A DNA stretch of 64,000 nt. Origin: Candidatus Zixiibacteriota bacterium. GTDB lineage: Bacteria; Zixibacteria; MSB-5A5; UBA10806; 4484-95. Under the pieces are notes generated by a model. It was not told the origin of the DNA, searched no databases, and was given only the letters and a program-made list of their open reading frames with translations. Below are positions 9,886 through 19,310 of the stretch, piece by piece. Each line of letters starts with the position of its first letter. The stretch's first letter is position 1. Made by a program: the position numbers and the translations under genes. The stretch covers positions 192,001 to 256,000 of the forward strand of contig JBBIRK010000002.1 in NCBI GenBank assembly GCA_037441845.1, written 5' to 3'.

Positions 9886-11385
9886 TCACTTTTTCTTTTC
9901 TTGGGGTGGGGTCGTTACTTCATCTATGAATTCATGAACATCCTTGTTCAACCCCTTCACCTTCTCCAAATCGCTGATAGTCGGCTCGATCGCCTTGAAA
10001 TCGGTTGAGAATCCGGGGCCGATTATTTGATAACCTTCGGTAGTGTGATTCGCGGCATCGGAATAACTCATATCGGGTCTCACTATCCGCGGCGTCACCT
10101 CGATTATCAGATCGGTCTTACGCGTCTGATAATATTCATGCATGAACAGCCGACCGATCAGCGGAATATCGGATAAAATCGGCATCCGGAATATCGTCTT
10201 GTTGTCATCGACCGAAAGCAGACCGCCGATAAATATCTTCTGGCCGTCTTTCACCAAAACGGTGGTGCTGGCGGTCCGGATCTTCTTGCGCGGATACAGA
10301 TTCTGCACCAGCTCGATTATCGACGACACCTCCGGCTCCACCTTCGTGGTGATATAACCGTTGGAATTGATCGACGGCGTGATGTTCAGCCTAATACCGA
10401 TCTCTTCTTCCATCACTATCGCGTTCTGGACCGAAACCACCGCCCAGCGCATCGTCTCGCCGATCAATATCGTGGCCTGTCGGTTGTTGACCGTGGTCAA
10501 TTTCGAGTTGGCCAGAACCTTGGCCTTATTCCTCTTGATCAAGAAATCGAGTGTGATATCGAAAGCGTTAAGTTGCCTCGAAAAAAGCCCCACATTGTCC
10601 AGCCCCTGTATCTTTTGAAAAATGAACTTCTCCGGCAGCTTTTCCAAATACGCATCCTGCCCGCCGAAATCAAGCGCAGTGGGAGCCCGACTCGATCCAT
10701 CATCGTTCAGCGGAGATTCCGCCAGAATCGTCGTGATATGGGAAAGCTTCTCCCAATCTATACCATATTTGTCAAGATCATCGGTTGCCACCTCGATCAA
10801 TCTCGCTTCGAGCAAAATCTGCATCGGCGGGGTATCTATTCGCTTTATTATCTCGGTTATCTCCGCCGCCACTTTCGGCGATGTCAGCACCAGAATCCGG
10901 TTGCCCGAGGTATCGACCTGGATCGTCTCGCTCAAATCGCCCAACATCTCTTTCACCTCGGCGGCGTTGGCGAATTGCAGATCATACACGTAAGCCGACA
11001 GCCCCACCTGCCGCGCCAAGGCCTCCTGATCGGCGACCAAAAACGAATTTCCTACTATTTCATAAGATAACCCGGCGGCCCTCACCACGAGATTTATGGC
11101 TTCCTCGATCGGCGTATTATTCAGATGCACCGAAATTCTTTCCTGCCGATTGACACCAGGGCCGGTGACGATATTGAAACCGGATTTTTCGGCCAGTATG
11201 CTCAGCACCGATGGCAGAAAAGCGTCGTCTGCATCGAGCGTGATCGTTTTGGACAATCCCTCTTTCAACACGGGAGACATAGGTCGACTTTCGGCTTGTT
11301 CCTGCGCCGCTGCGTATGGCAAACCCGAAACCAAAAGCAAAACGCCAATCAATACGGCCGATCGAACTTTCCAGAAACCTTTCAA
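9886..11385 (-). CDS. pilQ: Secretin PilQ-like (N0/STN + N3 + secretin; no AMIN domains evident)
   Basis: QILLEARLIEV, GIDW, TVNNRQATILIGE, LVKDGQKIFIGGL, PILSDIPLIGRLF, VTPRI. Start moved to TTG 11385 (SD GGAGG); the ORF track starts at 11433. Confidence 0.88.
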   Translation of the reverse strand: MKGFWKVRSAVLIGVLLLVSGLPYAAAQEQAESRPMSPVLKEGLSKTITLDADDAFLPSVLSILAEKSGFNIVTGPGVNRQERISVHLNNTPIEEAINLVVRAAGLSYEIVGNSFLVADQEALARQVGLSAYVYDLQFANAAEVKEMLGDLSETIQVDTSGNRILVLTSPKVAAEITEIIKRIDTPPMQILLEARLIEVATDDLDKYGIDWEKLSHITTILAESPLNDDGSSRAPTALDFGGQDAYLEKLPEKFIFQKIQGLDNVGLFSRQLNAFDITLDFLIKRNKAKVLANSKLTTVNNRQATILIGETMRWAVVSVQNAIVMEEEIGIRLNITPSINSNGYITTKVEPEVSSIIELVQNLYPRKKIRTASTTVLVKDGQKIFIGGLLSVDDNKTIFRMPILSDIPLIGRLFMHEYYQTRKTDLIIEVTPRIVRPDMSYSDAANHTTEGYQIIGPGFSTDFKAIEPTISDLEKVKGLNKDVHEFIDEVTTPPQEKKK

Positions 11386-11413
11386 AACTTCCTCCAAATT
11401 ATTGCGATAATGA

Positions 11414-11962
11414 TTACCATTGCTCCGGTTCATTATATTGCGCCCCCTCCTCCGGCAACGTCTCCAGAGGCAAAGGCGTGTTCTTGAGCGTCACTTCCTC
11501 TCCCCCTCGCGAAAGCACAACCGTCTTCTCCCGAATTTCCTTCACCACGTAACCTTCCCCCAACACATCTCCCTGCCGGACGACTTTGCTCTTGCCGCGG
11601 AATTTGATTATCGCCTTCGGATCGCTGTCGACAACCGTCGCCGACAACCGTATCTCCGTGTCTTCGGCGGACTCCCTAAAACCGGCGCGTGCATACGAAA
11701 AATTGGTCAAGACCCTCCCCAAGTATAACGGGTCTTGCTTCACCCCGAATTTATAGGCCAGCCGCCTCCGCCAGTTGGCTTCGAGCGAATCGATAGTGAT
11801 TGTCAGAGACGAGTCCGTATCCAGCGTCACCACCGGCGTCGAACGCATGGCTTTGGCTGCGCTGACCTGGGTTATCGCCTTGAACGCGCTCCAACTCACC
11901 ACTAAAATAACCAGAACACTCAAAACGAAACTGATTGCCTTGATAATGCTGTTTTTATCCAC
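11414..11962 (-). CDS. PilP/GspC-like periplasmic linker protein, TM-anchored
   Basis: Between pilO and pilQ; N-terminal TM without lipobox; C-terminal LSATV..AII...VRQGD..G..VKEI...VVL resembles the GspC-HR/PilP fold. Confidence 0.65.
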   Translation of the reverse strand: MDKNSIIKAISFVLSVLVILVVSWSAFKAITQVSAAKAMRSTPVVTLDTDSSLTITIDSLEANWRRRLAYKFGVKQDPLYLGRVLTNFSYARAGFRESAEDTEIRLSATVVDSDPKAIIKFRGKSKVVRQGDVLGEGYVVKEIREKTVVLSRGGEEVTLKNTPLPLETLPEEGAQYNEPEQW

Positions 11963-12587
11963 CCGCGTAACTCGCTTTCAAGATAGTCAAAGTCTCTATG
12001 TCAAGATTGATCCTGTGCTGTTCGGGTTTGCCGGTCACGTCCTGCTCGAAGTAAGCCATATCGATCGGATTCTCGAGCTGAAATCTCGTCACCCGGATCA
12101 GGCGCGCCGATTTTTCGAGCTCCTGCAAAAACTGTCCGAATTGCGTGTAGCTTGCGATTATCACCATACTATATGGAGTCCGGATATAATCGCTTCTTTG
12201 GATCGATTGTTCGTCGTGAGCCGCCAGTGTATCCTTCAGACCCTCCGAACGAACCACTCCGAGCGGCCTTACCGAAACCAAGATTATTCCCAAATCATCC
12301 ATCAGCCCGGTGAGATATTTCAAAAATCCCATGTCAGCCGGACGAGCCAGCGAATCGGAAGGGTCGTTTGCCATGTTGTTGCTGATCAATTCGTTCACGT
12401 TTTGCAGATCACGGGAAATAATCTGCGCCGAAAGCAATTGCCGCTTCTTCTCGGCGATCTGTTCCTGCAACGACTCTATCTGGCTCGGCTGTTTGGCGAT
12501 AACGTTCTTGTAGAAAAGCCAGAATGCCGCGACATAAATCAGCAATGCTGCGCTTATTATCAGATTCTTCTTGAAATTCATCTTCAA
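11955..12587 (-). CDS. pilO: Type IV pilus alignment protein PilO
   Basis: TM + coiled coil + ASYTQFGQFLQELEKSARLIRV motif; position in the MNOPQ cluster. Confidence 0.8.
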   Translation of the reverse strand: MKMNFKKNLIISAALLIYVAAFWLFYKNVIAKQPSQIESLQEQIAEKKRQLLSAQIISRDLQNVNELISNNMANDPSDSLARPADMGFLKYLTGLMDDLGIILVSVRPLGVVRSEGLKDTLAAHDEQSIQRSDYIRTPYSMVIIASYTQFGQFLQELEKSARLIRVTRFQLENPIDMAYFEQDVTGKPEQHRINLDIETLTILKASYAGG

Positions 12588-13159
12588 CCCACCGTGCAGG
12601 CAATCTCGAATTCGATGATTTCCTGATTCTTGTGTTTGATCCGCGATGATCCGTTAAACATGATGTTGGCGAAACCGGCGGAAAAATCGGGATCTTTTTT
12701 TATGATATCCACTATCGCCATCACCAGGTCGAGATCCTCGAGCCGAGGATTAACCTTGGTCAAGCCGCTTATAATCAACTGATTCGTCTGGTTGTCGTAA
12801 TCGAGCTTGGTGATAGCCACATCGTTGGGCAATATCCTACCCAGCACGTCTAGCTTTTCCGTCCAGGTCATCCGGTTGTTGGCCAGATCGGCCAGCACGA
12901 AAATATCATCCGGCGAAAGATAGGCGGAAGACGCCTGCAGGCGATCTATTTCCTCCTGGATTCGTGCGAGCTCGGCTTTTTCCGCGGAAATTATTTTATG
13001 ATTCTGGTAAGCCTTATAAATCGCCAGGATACTGATCAGCGCCACCACCCCTAAATAAAATCCGACCGCCACCATACGCCGCTGTTTCTGTTTTTCGGCG
13101 AATTGATCGAGCCGGTTCGAGGGCTTATTCAGGTTTATCTTATAAAGTATTCCGGCCAT
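12584..13159 (-). CDS. pilN: Type IV pilus alignment protein PilN
   Basis: KINLN (INLL-like PilM-binding motif), TM, coiled coil, W..KL..L...LP.DV.I..L. Start moved to ATG 13159, just after the pilM stop. Confidence 0.8.
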   Translation of the reverse strand: MAGILYKINLNKPSNRLDQFAEKQKQRRMVAVGFYLGVVALISILAIYKAYQNHKIISAEKAELARIQEEIDRLQASSAYLSPDDIFVLADLANNRMTWTEKLDVLGRILPNDVAITKLDYDNQTNQLIISGLTKVNPRLEDLDLVMAIVDIIKKDPDFSAGFANIMFNGSSRIKHKNQEIIEFEIACTVG

Positions 13160-13160
13160 C

Positions 13161-14213
13161 TCAATCCTCCCTGAGCGCCAGTCCGCAGGCGACCGCCAGC
13201 CGGCTGCCCAACCCATCGTCGAAACCGGGCGGTGTAATAAATTCGGCGTAGGGATTGAATATCTCCACGGTCAGGTTCAACTGCGCCGCCAGATGCGAGT
13301 TCAAATTTGGCATCTTGGCCGACCCACCGCAAAGCATCACTTTCTGAAACTCCCGACACCCCGTCTCTTTAGTATAATAACGCAACGACCGACGCAACTC
13401 ATCGACCAGAGTGTCGATCGAAAGGCGCCGGGCGACCCTGATCCCGCCCGAATCCGCCGATGAATCCCCCAGAAATGCTCCCATTCCCCGTTCCCGTTTC
13501 ATCCCCTCCGCCTGCGCGTAATCTACCTTGGAAAGATTCTTTATGTCGTCGGTGAAATTATGTCCGGCCCAGGCAAGATCCCGGCTGAAAAACATGGTCT
13601 CCCGACCGACTATGACGATACCGGTGTATTTCGCCCCTATATTCAAGAAAACCACCGCCTCGTCACCCATGAACGAACCATGACTGACGAGATATGCATT
13701 AACCAAAGCCAGCGAACCCGCATCTATCTTCGCAGGCTCGAGCCCGACCTCTTTGAGAAGCTTCAACTGATTGTCGAAAACCTTTTTGGTGGTCGCCACC
13801 AGCAGAATATCCATATCCTGCGATTGCATGTCCCCGCGCAAAATCTGAAAATCAATCACCGCATCGGATTCATCGAGTGGAAGATGCTTGCGGGCCTCGA
13901 AAAGCAACGACGACTGCATCTCCTCGGGAGCCAGAGGAATCGATTTGATCTGCTTGATCGATATCGCCGGGCCGCTCAAACCGCATACGACGTTTTTCGC
14001 CCGCTTGGCGTTGATCTTCATCTTGTCGAACGCATTCCTGAGCGCCGTTTGAACCCGGCCCACACTCGGGCCTTCGGTATCGAATTCCTCGTTTTCAGTG
14101 TATAAATCGGAGATGAAGTAGTTTTTTAATCGGTAGCGGTTACCTTCGTTTTCCAGCTCGACGAGTTTGACGGAGAAATTGCCTATATCAAGACCAACTA
14201 CTGATTTTCCCAT
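13161..14213 (-). CDS. pilM: Type IV pilus assembly protein PilM (actin-like)
   Basis: VGLDIGNFSVKLVEL, LNIGA, AGHNFT, LCGGSAK, LAVACGLALR. Confidence 0.93.
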   Translation of the reverse strand: MGKSVVGLDIGNFSVKLVELENEGNRYRLKNYFISDLYTENEEFDTEGPSVGRVQTALRNAFDKMKINAKRAKNVVCGLSGPAISIKQIKSIPLAPEEMQSSLLFEARKHLPLDESDAVIDFQILRGDMQSQDMDILLVATTKKVFDNQLKLLKEVGLEPAKIDAGSLALVNAYLVSHGSFMGDEAVVFLNIGAKYTGIVIVGRETMFFSRDLAWAGHNFTDDIKNLSKVDYAQAEGMKRERGMGAFLGDSSADSGGIRVARRLSIDTLVDELRRSLRYYTKETGCREFQKVMLCGGSAKMPNLNSHLAAQLNLTVEIFNPYAEFITPPGFDDGLGSRLAVACGLALRED

Positions 14214-14253
14214 AATGCCCTTTCATTCATACTCAAATGCCAACCCTCCCGCT

Positions 14254-15645
14254 CTATTCCGATTCTTCATATATCATTGTTATATTGCCGCTGGGTATCC
14301 AGTGGGGCGGCGGTGCCACCGAAAACCGCTGGTCATACATGTAGTCTTTCTGCACGAAACCGTAGCCGTAACCCTCTGATCCGCGATGAATTATCCCCCG
14401 ATACTGCTGATTGATGCAGCCGTGAATGAAAAGCGAGGTATATTCGGGCACACTGAAATTGTATATCCCTTGCACCGACATCGAGCCACGTAAAGCCGCG
14501 ATACCGGCATTCACCCGAAATTGTCTCGGATTGGGATAAACCGGATAACCGCTGTATTTGCTGAACATCACCCACTTTTCCGATATCAACCCCACCGCAT
14601 ACTGGCAGTTGAGCGGCACCCGGCCGAACGTATCGGCGCAGGCCAGATAAATATCGTGAAAGACGACCAATGTATCCGAACAACCCACAGTCACGCGCCC
14701 CTTCACCCCTCGATATGAGGCATCGCCTGTACGGCGTGGAGCATCGATATACAGTTTCCCGTTCACGAACACCGCCCCGTTCAATGGCAGTTTCAAACGC
14801 CGAACATGCGATTGATTCCAGAGCGTGTCGAACGGAGCGTCGCTCCTGGGCTTTCCTTTCCACATAAGCGAATCGGAATAAAGCCTGATATAATACATGC
14901 TGTCCGGATTGCTGTCACCGATAAAGTAAGGTGAGTTCCTCGCCGCATTCCGCACCGAATCGGCTTGATCGGGGAAACGAATGGGCGCGGCATTGGGCCT
15001 GAATCCGCCGTAAAAACGAGCATTGGTGGAATTCCGCGGAGGATAAGTATCGCGCATGCACGTCGAAACCGGCTTGTAGAACACCGGCATGTTTCGGGTC
15101 GGATGGATAAAAATCGTGCCGTTCGAATGCGTTTTGCCGTCGAGCGTATCCGGCGACCAAAAATAAATGCTGTCAAAATAAACCCGGTCCACTTCGCGAT
15201 GCGTCAGCCACAAATAATCGGCCATGGTTTCATAACGGTAACTATAATTTATTTCTTCTTCCCAAACAAAACCGGTGCTCACATCTTTCGAATATCCGTT
15301 CGCCACGATTTTATAGTTTTCCCAGGAGAAAATCCCCTCGTTGCCCCCGCTCGGATAAATAGTGTATCCATAGCTGTTGTTACCATAGAACCCGATTCCA
15401 TGCTGACCATACTCGGTCCCCGGACGATTCGTATTAGAATATATAAAAGCATCCACCAGCGCCAATTGCGCCGCGTAAACCGCCTGCACTCGCATTATAT
15501 CCAAATCCACGGTGTTGCTGAAATCGTTGAAAAACTTAAGATAAGCCGTGCCCAGCGCGATCATCATCACCGACAGTATCAGGGCCCAAACCAGAACAAC
15601 CCCCTGGTTGTCCTTCAGCTTCTCAATCAGAGGCATTCTGCTCAT
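14254..15645 (-). CDS. Large PilX/GspK-type minor pilin, DUF4900-like
   Basis: Prepilin site NQG|VVLVW lacking Glu5; IYFWSPDTLDGKTHSNG, VGLISEK, GFVQKDYMYDQRF..PPPHW recalled as DUF4900-like. Confidence 0.7.
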   Translation of the reverse strand: MSRMPLIEKLKDNQGVVLVWALILSVMMIALGTAYLKFFNDFSNTVDLDIMRVQAVYAAQLALVDAFIYSNTNRPGTEYGQHGIGFYGNNSYGYTIYPSGGNEGIFSWENYKIVANGYSKDVSTGFVWEEEINYSYRYETMADYLWLTHREVDRVYFDSIYFWSPDTLDGKTHSNGTIFIHPTRNMPVFYKPVSTCMRDTYPPRNSTNARFYGGFRPNAAPIRFPDQADSVRNAARNSPYFIGDSNPDSMYYIRLYSDSLMWKGKPRSDAPFDTLWNQSHVRRLKLPLNGAVFVNGKLYIDAPRRTGDASYRGVKGRVTVGCSDTLVVFHDIYLACADTFGRVPLNCQYAVGLISEKWVMFSKYSGYPVYPNPRQFRVNAGIAALRGSMSVQGIYNFSVPEYTSLFIHGCINQQYRGIIHRGSEGYGYGFVQKDYMYDQRFSVAPPPHWIPSGNITMIYEESE

Positions 15646-15665
15646 CTGATCCCTCCAGGATTATT

Positions 15666-16241
15666 TTAATTCGCATAATTTCTGTTCAACGTGGTCGCCC
15701 TGAGCGCCAACGTATCACCCTCAGGATTTTCCAGAACGATTGTCACTCTGACCATCATCTGTTGAGGATCGGTGATCCCCCCCGTAACGTCCTCGGCGTA
15801 TTCGAATTTCACCCGCTTCATCTTATATGCCTGCACCGCCCGCCTCCTCGAGGCATAAGTCGTCGCCGGCAGCAATCGAACGTTGAATTCGCCATGATTG
15901 ACCCGTCGATCGTTCATCCTCAAACTTTTATCGCTGTGGTTCACGTAAAACTCGACCGGGCCGGCGGCCGATGACCTCTCCGGCACTACCAGCTCCATCC
16001 GCGGATTAGCGTCGCTTTCGAATATATTGATGTTCTCGGCGTTGCGAATCATATTCTCGATTTTACGCAGCACCATCATGCCGTCGGAGTACATCAGATT
16101 CATCGTAACCGTAGACTTGAATAATTTCAGCCCGTAAATATAGGCGTTCACCATACCCACCGTGAAAAAGCCGAAAATAAACACCACCACCATCACTTCC
16201 ACCAGCGTCACACCCTTATTCTTTTTCACTCTCGACAGCAT
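15666..16241 (-). CDS. Minor pilin, PilW-like
   Basis: Class III signal KKNKG|VTLVE followed by a hydrophobic helix. Confidence 0.8.
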   Translation of the reverse strand: MLSRVKKNKGVTLVEVMVVVFIFGFFTVGMVNAYIYGLKLFKSTVTMNLMYSDGMMVLRKIENMIRNAENINIFESDANPRMELVVPERSSAAGPVEFYVNHSDKSLRMNDRRVNHGEFNVRLLPATTYASRRRAVQAYKMKRVKFEYAEDVTGGITDPQQMMVRVTIVLENPEGDTLALRATTLNRNYAN

Positions 16242-16265
16242 GAAAAAACCCTTTTGCCGTACCCC

Positions 16266-16691
16266 TCAGTATTTCGTGGACAGCACGATACTGTAACGCC
16301 GCCCCGAAAACGCTTTCCAATTATAACTGACCGCCACCGAATCGTATACCGGTCTGCCGTTGGCGTCCAAAGTCGGAGAATGCTGAACCACCACCTCATA
16401 ATCGGCCACCAGCGGCTTTCCCTCCTCGTTCAGCGCGGACATTATAGTATCTTTGCCGGATCCGTTTTCGCTGTCCGGCACGTTACCGAAATATTTCTCA
16501 AGGTATTTCAGCCGCTCCATCTTTTCCTGGGCTTTCTCCAAAACGCGGCGGCGCTGAAATTGCTCGTTGATCAATTCCTGCCCATGGACGAACATGAAAT
16601 AAACCGCCGCTCCGGCGATTGTCAGAAACAAGATCGCCATCATCAATTCGATCAGCGTCACCCCGCGGCTGTTCGATAATCGCTTCCTCAA
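16266..16691 (-). CDS. Minor pilin, PilV-like
   Basis: TTG start 2 nt after the pilT stop with SD GGAG; MRKRLSNSRG|VTLIE; 141 aa. The longer ORF-track version overlaps pilT out of frame. Confidence 0.8.
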   Translation of the reverse strand: MRKRLSNSRGVTLIELMMAILFLTIAGAAVYFMFVHGQELINEQFQRRRVLEKAQEKMERLKYLEKYFGNVPDSENGSGKDTIMSALNEEGKPLVADYEVVVQHSPTLDANGRPVYDSVAVSYNWKAFSGRRYSIVLSTKY

Positions 16692-16693
16692 AT

Positions 16694-17785
16694 TTACTCC
16701 AAAAACAAACGTGCGTTGTCGGCATGCTTGGCGGCTTCCGCCCGCTCGATTTTCCCCTCGGCCACCAGCGTCATCAGATGTTGATCCTTGGATTGCATAC
16801 CGACTTTGCCTCCCGATTGAATTATCGACGGTATTTGGTAGATCTTGTCTTCGCGGATCAGGTTCCTGATCGCGGTGGTGGCTATCATGATTTCGCAGGC
16901 CACCACCCGCCCGCTGTCCTTGCGCGGCATCAAAGTTTGCGCCACGACCGCCTGAACCGATTCGGCCAACATCGATCGCACCTGCGATTTCTGCTCGGCC
17001 GGAAACACGTCTATTATACGATCTATGGTTTTGGCCGCCGATGACGTATGTAGCGTCGTCAACACCAGATGGCCGGTCTCGGCCGCGGTAAGCGCCAAAC
17101 TCACCGTCTCCAGATCGCGCATCTCGCCCACCAGAATCACGTCGGGATCCTCGCGCAACGCCGCCCTCAATGCGTTGGCGAACGACAGCGTCGTCGAACC
17201 CAGCTCCCGCTGATTGATCAAGCTGTGACGCGACGTGTGGAAATATTCCACCGGGTCTTCGATCGTGATAATATGACATTCCTTATGCTGATTGATCCAA
17301 TCCACCATCGTGGCCAGCGATGTCGTCTTGCCGGAACCGGTAGGGCCGGTCAAAATCACCAGCCCGCGTTCGAGAAGCGACAATCGTTTCAAAACATCGG
17401 GCAACCCGAGTTCCTCGAAACTGCGGATTTCCGCAGGAATTACACGGTATGAACCCGCAATCCCCTGTATTTGGCGGAATACGTTGCAACGAAACCTGGT
17501 GTAATCGTCGATCTCCCGCGAAAAATCGACCTCGAATTGCGTTTCGAACCTCTGTTTGAGTTCGGGCGTCAGCGACTCGAAAACCAAACGCTTTATCTCC
17601 TCGCGACTGATCCCCTCCAGCTCGAGTTTCATCATCTTCCCGTCGAGCCGTATCATCGGCAACGACCCCTCCGAGAGATGCAAATCCGATGCGCCCTGCT
17701 GGCTGGTGAATTTCAGCAGATCGTCAATATGCAGATCCTTTATATTGGTCGATACCGCGCCTTTTGCCAAACCTATGTTATCCAA
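16694..17785 (-). CDS. pilT: Type IV pilus retraction ATPase PilT
   Basis: GPTGSGKTT, ALREDPDVILVGEMRD, TGHLVLTTLH, AIRNLIRE signature. Confidence 0.95.
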   Translation of the reverse strand: MDNIGLAKGAVSTNIKDLHIDDLLKFTSQQGASDLHLSEGSLPMIRLDGKMMKLELEGISREEIKRLVFESLTPELKQRFETQFEVDFSREIDDYTRFRCNVFRQIQGIAGSYRVIPAEIRSFEELGLPDVLKRLSLLERGLVILTGPTGSGKTTSLATMVDWINQHKECHIITIEDPVEYFHTSRHSLINQRELGSTTLSFANALRAALREDPDVILVGEMRDLETVSLALTAAETGHLVLTTLHTSSAAKTIDRIIDVFPAEQKSQVRSMLAESVQAVVAQTLMPRKDSGRVVACEIMIATTAIRNLIREDKIYQIPSIIQSGGKVGMQSKDQHLMTLVAEGKIERAEAAKHADNARLFLE

Positions 17786-17833
17786 ATGACCTACCCGGTT
17801 AAATTTTTGATCGCCAACGCTGTTGCCGGAAAA

Positions 17834-18229
17834 TTAATCGATTCCGTAACCCGACCATTTGCCGGTGACGGTGTTGAATATCACCGTCTTGCCCGGACCA
17901 CCAGGCATCAATCCCGTCGATGTCGCCGTGATTCTTTGAATCCCGCGTCCACCGCCGACGATCGAAAAATTCCAGCGCTGCCTTGTAACCTCGTCGAGTT
18001 GTAACTGGGTCAGCTGATTGATATTCGTCGGCCAGTTGCCGGTGTTCGACTGGTAGACTTTGGCTGCCGCGTGAATCGCGCTTATCGCCTCCTGCGCCTC
18101 GGCCGCACGAGCGCTCTCAACATATCTCAGATATATCGGCACCGCTATCGCCGCCAAAATCGCCAAGATAACCACCACCACCAGCACTTCGACCAGGGTG
18201 AAACCGCGTTTGTTGCTGAATCTGCTCAC
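17834..18229 (-). CDS. pilA: Type IVa pilin, probable major pilin
   Basis: GTG start with SD AGGAGG; KRG|FTLVEVLVVVVILAILAAIAVP; 122-aa mature chain; first gene of the locus with its own promoter. Confidence 0.85.
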   Translation of the reverse strand: MSRFSNKRGFTLVEVLVVVVILAILAAIAVPIYLRYVESARAAEAQEAISAIHAAAKVYQSNTGNWPTNINQLTQLQLDEVTRQRWNFSIVGGGRGIQRITATSTGLMPGGPGKTVIFNTVTGKWSGYGID

Positions 18230-18321
18230 TTGATACCTCCTAAATGATTCAAAATAATTTATGCCTAACTCTATCGAAACGATCACGGGAAAAAAGTCAG
18301 CTCGATTTTCCCCGATCCATG

Positions 18322-18350
18322 AATATAATCCCTTGCCTCTCCATGGTCAA
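18322..18350 (-). promoter_or_regulatory. sigma70-type promoter of pilA
   Basis: TTGACC-N17-TATATT, about 90 nt upstream of the GTG. Confidence 0.65.
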
Positions 18351-18440
18351 CAGAAAAGCTTGTTTTATAATGGCTTGCTGAAAATCCATTCTCGCACATC
18401 TTCATTTAGAAACAAACCACACCCGCCCTTTGTTGCCGAA

Positions 18441-18456
18441 CGCAATAAATATGCCG
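18441..18456 (-). promoter_or_regulatory. Candidate sigma54 -24/-12 element upstream of pilA
   Basis: CGGCATATTTATTGCG: GG-N10-GC with GGCA and TTGC cores. Confidence 0.45.
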
Positions 18457-18725
18457 CCGCACCTTGCCGCCGCAATTCAATACCACCTTGAATATCAATA
18501 TGTTAATAAGAGGAGATAATAGCTGCCGGAAAAACCGATTCGGGAAATGTTATAAATTTCGGCACAATCGCAACGACTCGCGGAAATCCTTTGTCGTTCA
18601 TTCGATTGCCGAACCCACAAGTGTTATCCATCGTTTCAGAGTGGCATAAATTCATCACCCACAGGTTGCCGATTTGTAGTGCCTATACGCTTTTTTAAAC
18701 CAAACCCGTTAGCAATTTAATTCAA

Positions 18726-19310
18726 TTACTTCCCTTTGCTTTCAAGCTTCATTTCCGCCGGTTGTTCGAATTCAACTTGCTGCAATAAATTCGGCATCGG
18801 CACCGTCGGCTTTCCCGCCACCGAATCCCTGATCATCGAATCGGCGGCCGCTAAATCACGTTTCAAAATTTCCTCCGGAACCGGAAATCCGCCCAATTGA
18901 TCATCCGCGTTCTTGGCTTGATTCACCTTGATAAGCAACGCCCTATTGCTCGATCCCTGCCGGTTACCAGCCAGAGACCGCTCCGATGGCGGGCCGATCA
19001 TTATCAAAGTCAAACAGGCGGCCAACGCGAACGCGGTTCCCGATAACGTCAACGCGAACCGCCAGCCCGATAAACCCGCCGATGGACGAGCGCCGTTCTC
19101 GATCGCGCACAAAGTGCGGCTCACGAAATGCGGCCCGGGCTTCAGTTGTTCAAGCTCACCCGCCGTCTGGACGATCAACTTCATTTCGGCGGCCCTGGCC
19201 GAGCAACTCGGGCATTGCTTGAGATGTTGCTCTATTTCCGTCATCTCGGATTGCTCCAGGCCGTTATCAATGAACGCTGATAACCAGCGGCAAACCTTTC
19301 GACAGTTCAT
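18726..19310 (-). CDS. Zinc-binding anti-sigma factor (zf-HC2) with TM
   Basis: MNC...LSAFID...HLKQCPSC (HxxxCxxC), one TM, directly downstream of the ECF sigma. Confidence 0.88.
   Translation of the reverse strand: MNCRKVCRWLSAFIDNGLEQSEMTEIEQHLKQCPSCSARAAEMKLIVQTAGELEQLKPGPHFVSRTLCAIENGARPSAGLSGWRFALTLSGTAFALAACLTLIMIGPPSERSLAGNRQGSSNRALLIKVNQAKNADDQLGGFPVPEEILKRDLAAADSMIRDSVAGKPTVPMPNLLQQVEFEQPAEMKLESKGK

Noticed and set aside
16692..17279. Long N-terminal extension of the PilV-like ORF
   Set aside because: Out-of-frame overlap with pilT; the prepilin leader and SD define a start at 16691.
17834..18229. PilA as an electrically conductive e-pilin (aromatics at 1, 24, 27, 50, 57)
   Set aside because: Only 10 F/Y/W in 122 residues (about 8%) with a 29-residue aromatic-free gap; those positions are common in ordinary T4a pilins.
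18230..18725. c-di-GMP riboswitch upstream of pilA
   Set aside because: No recognisable GEMM-I or c-di-GMP-II consensus.
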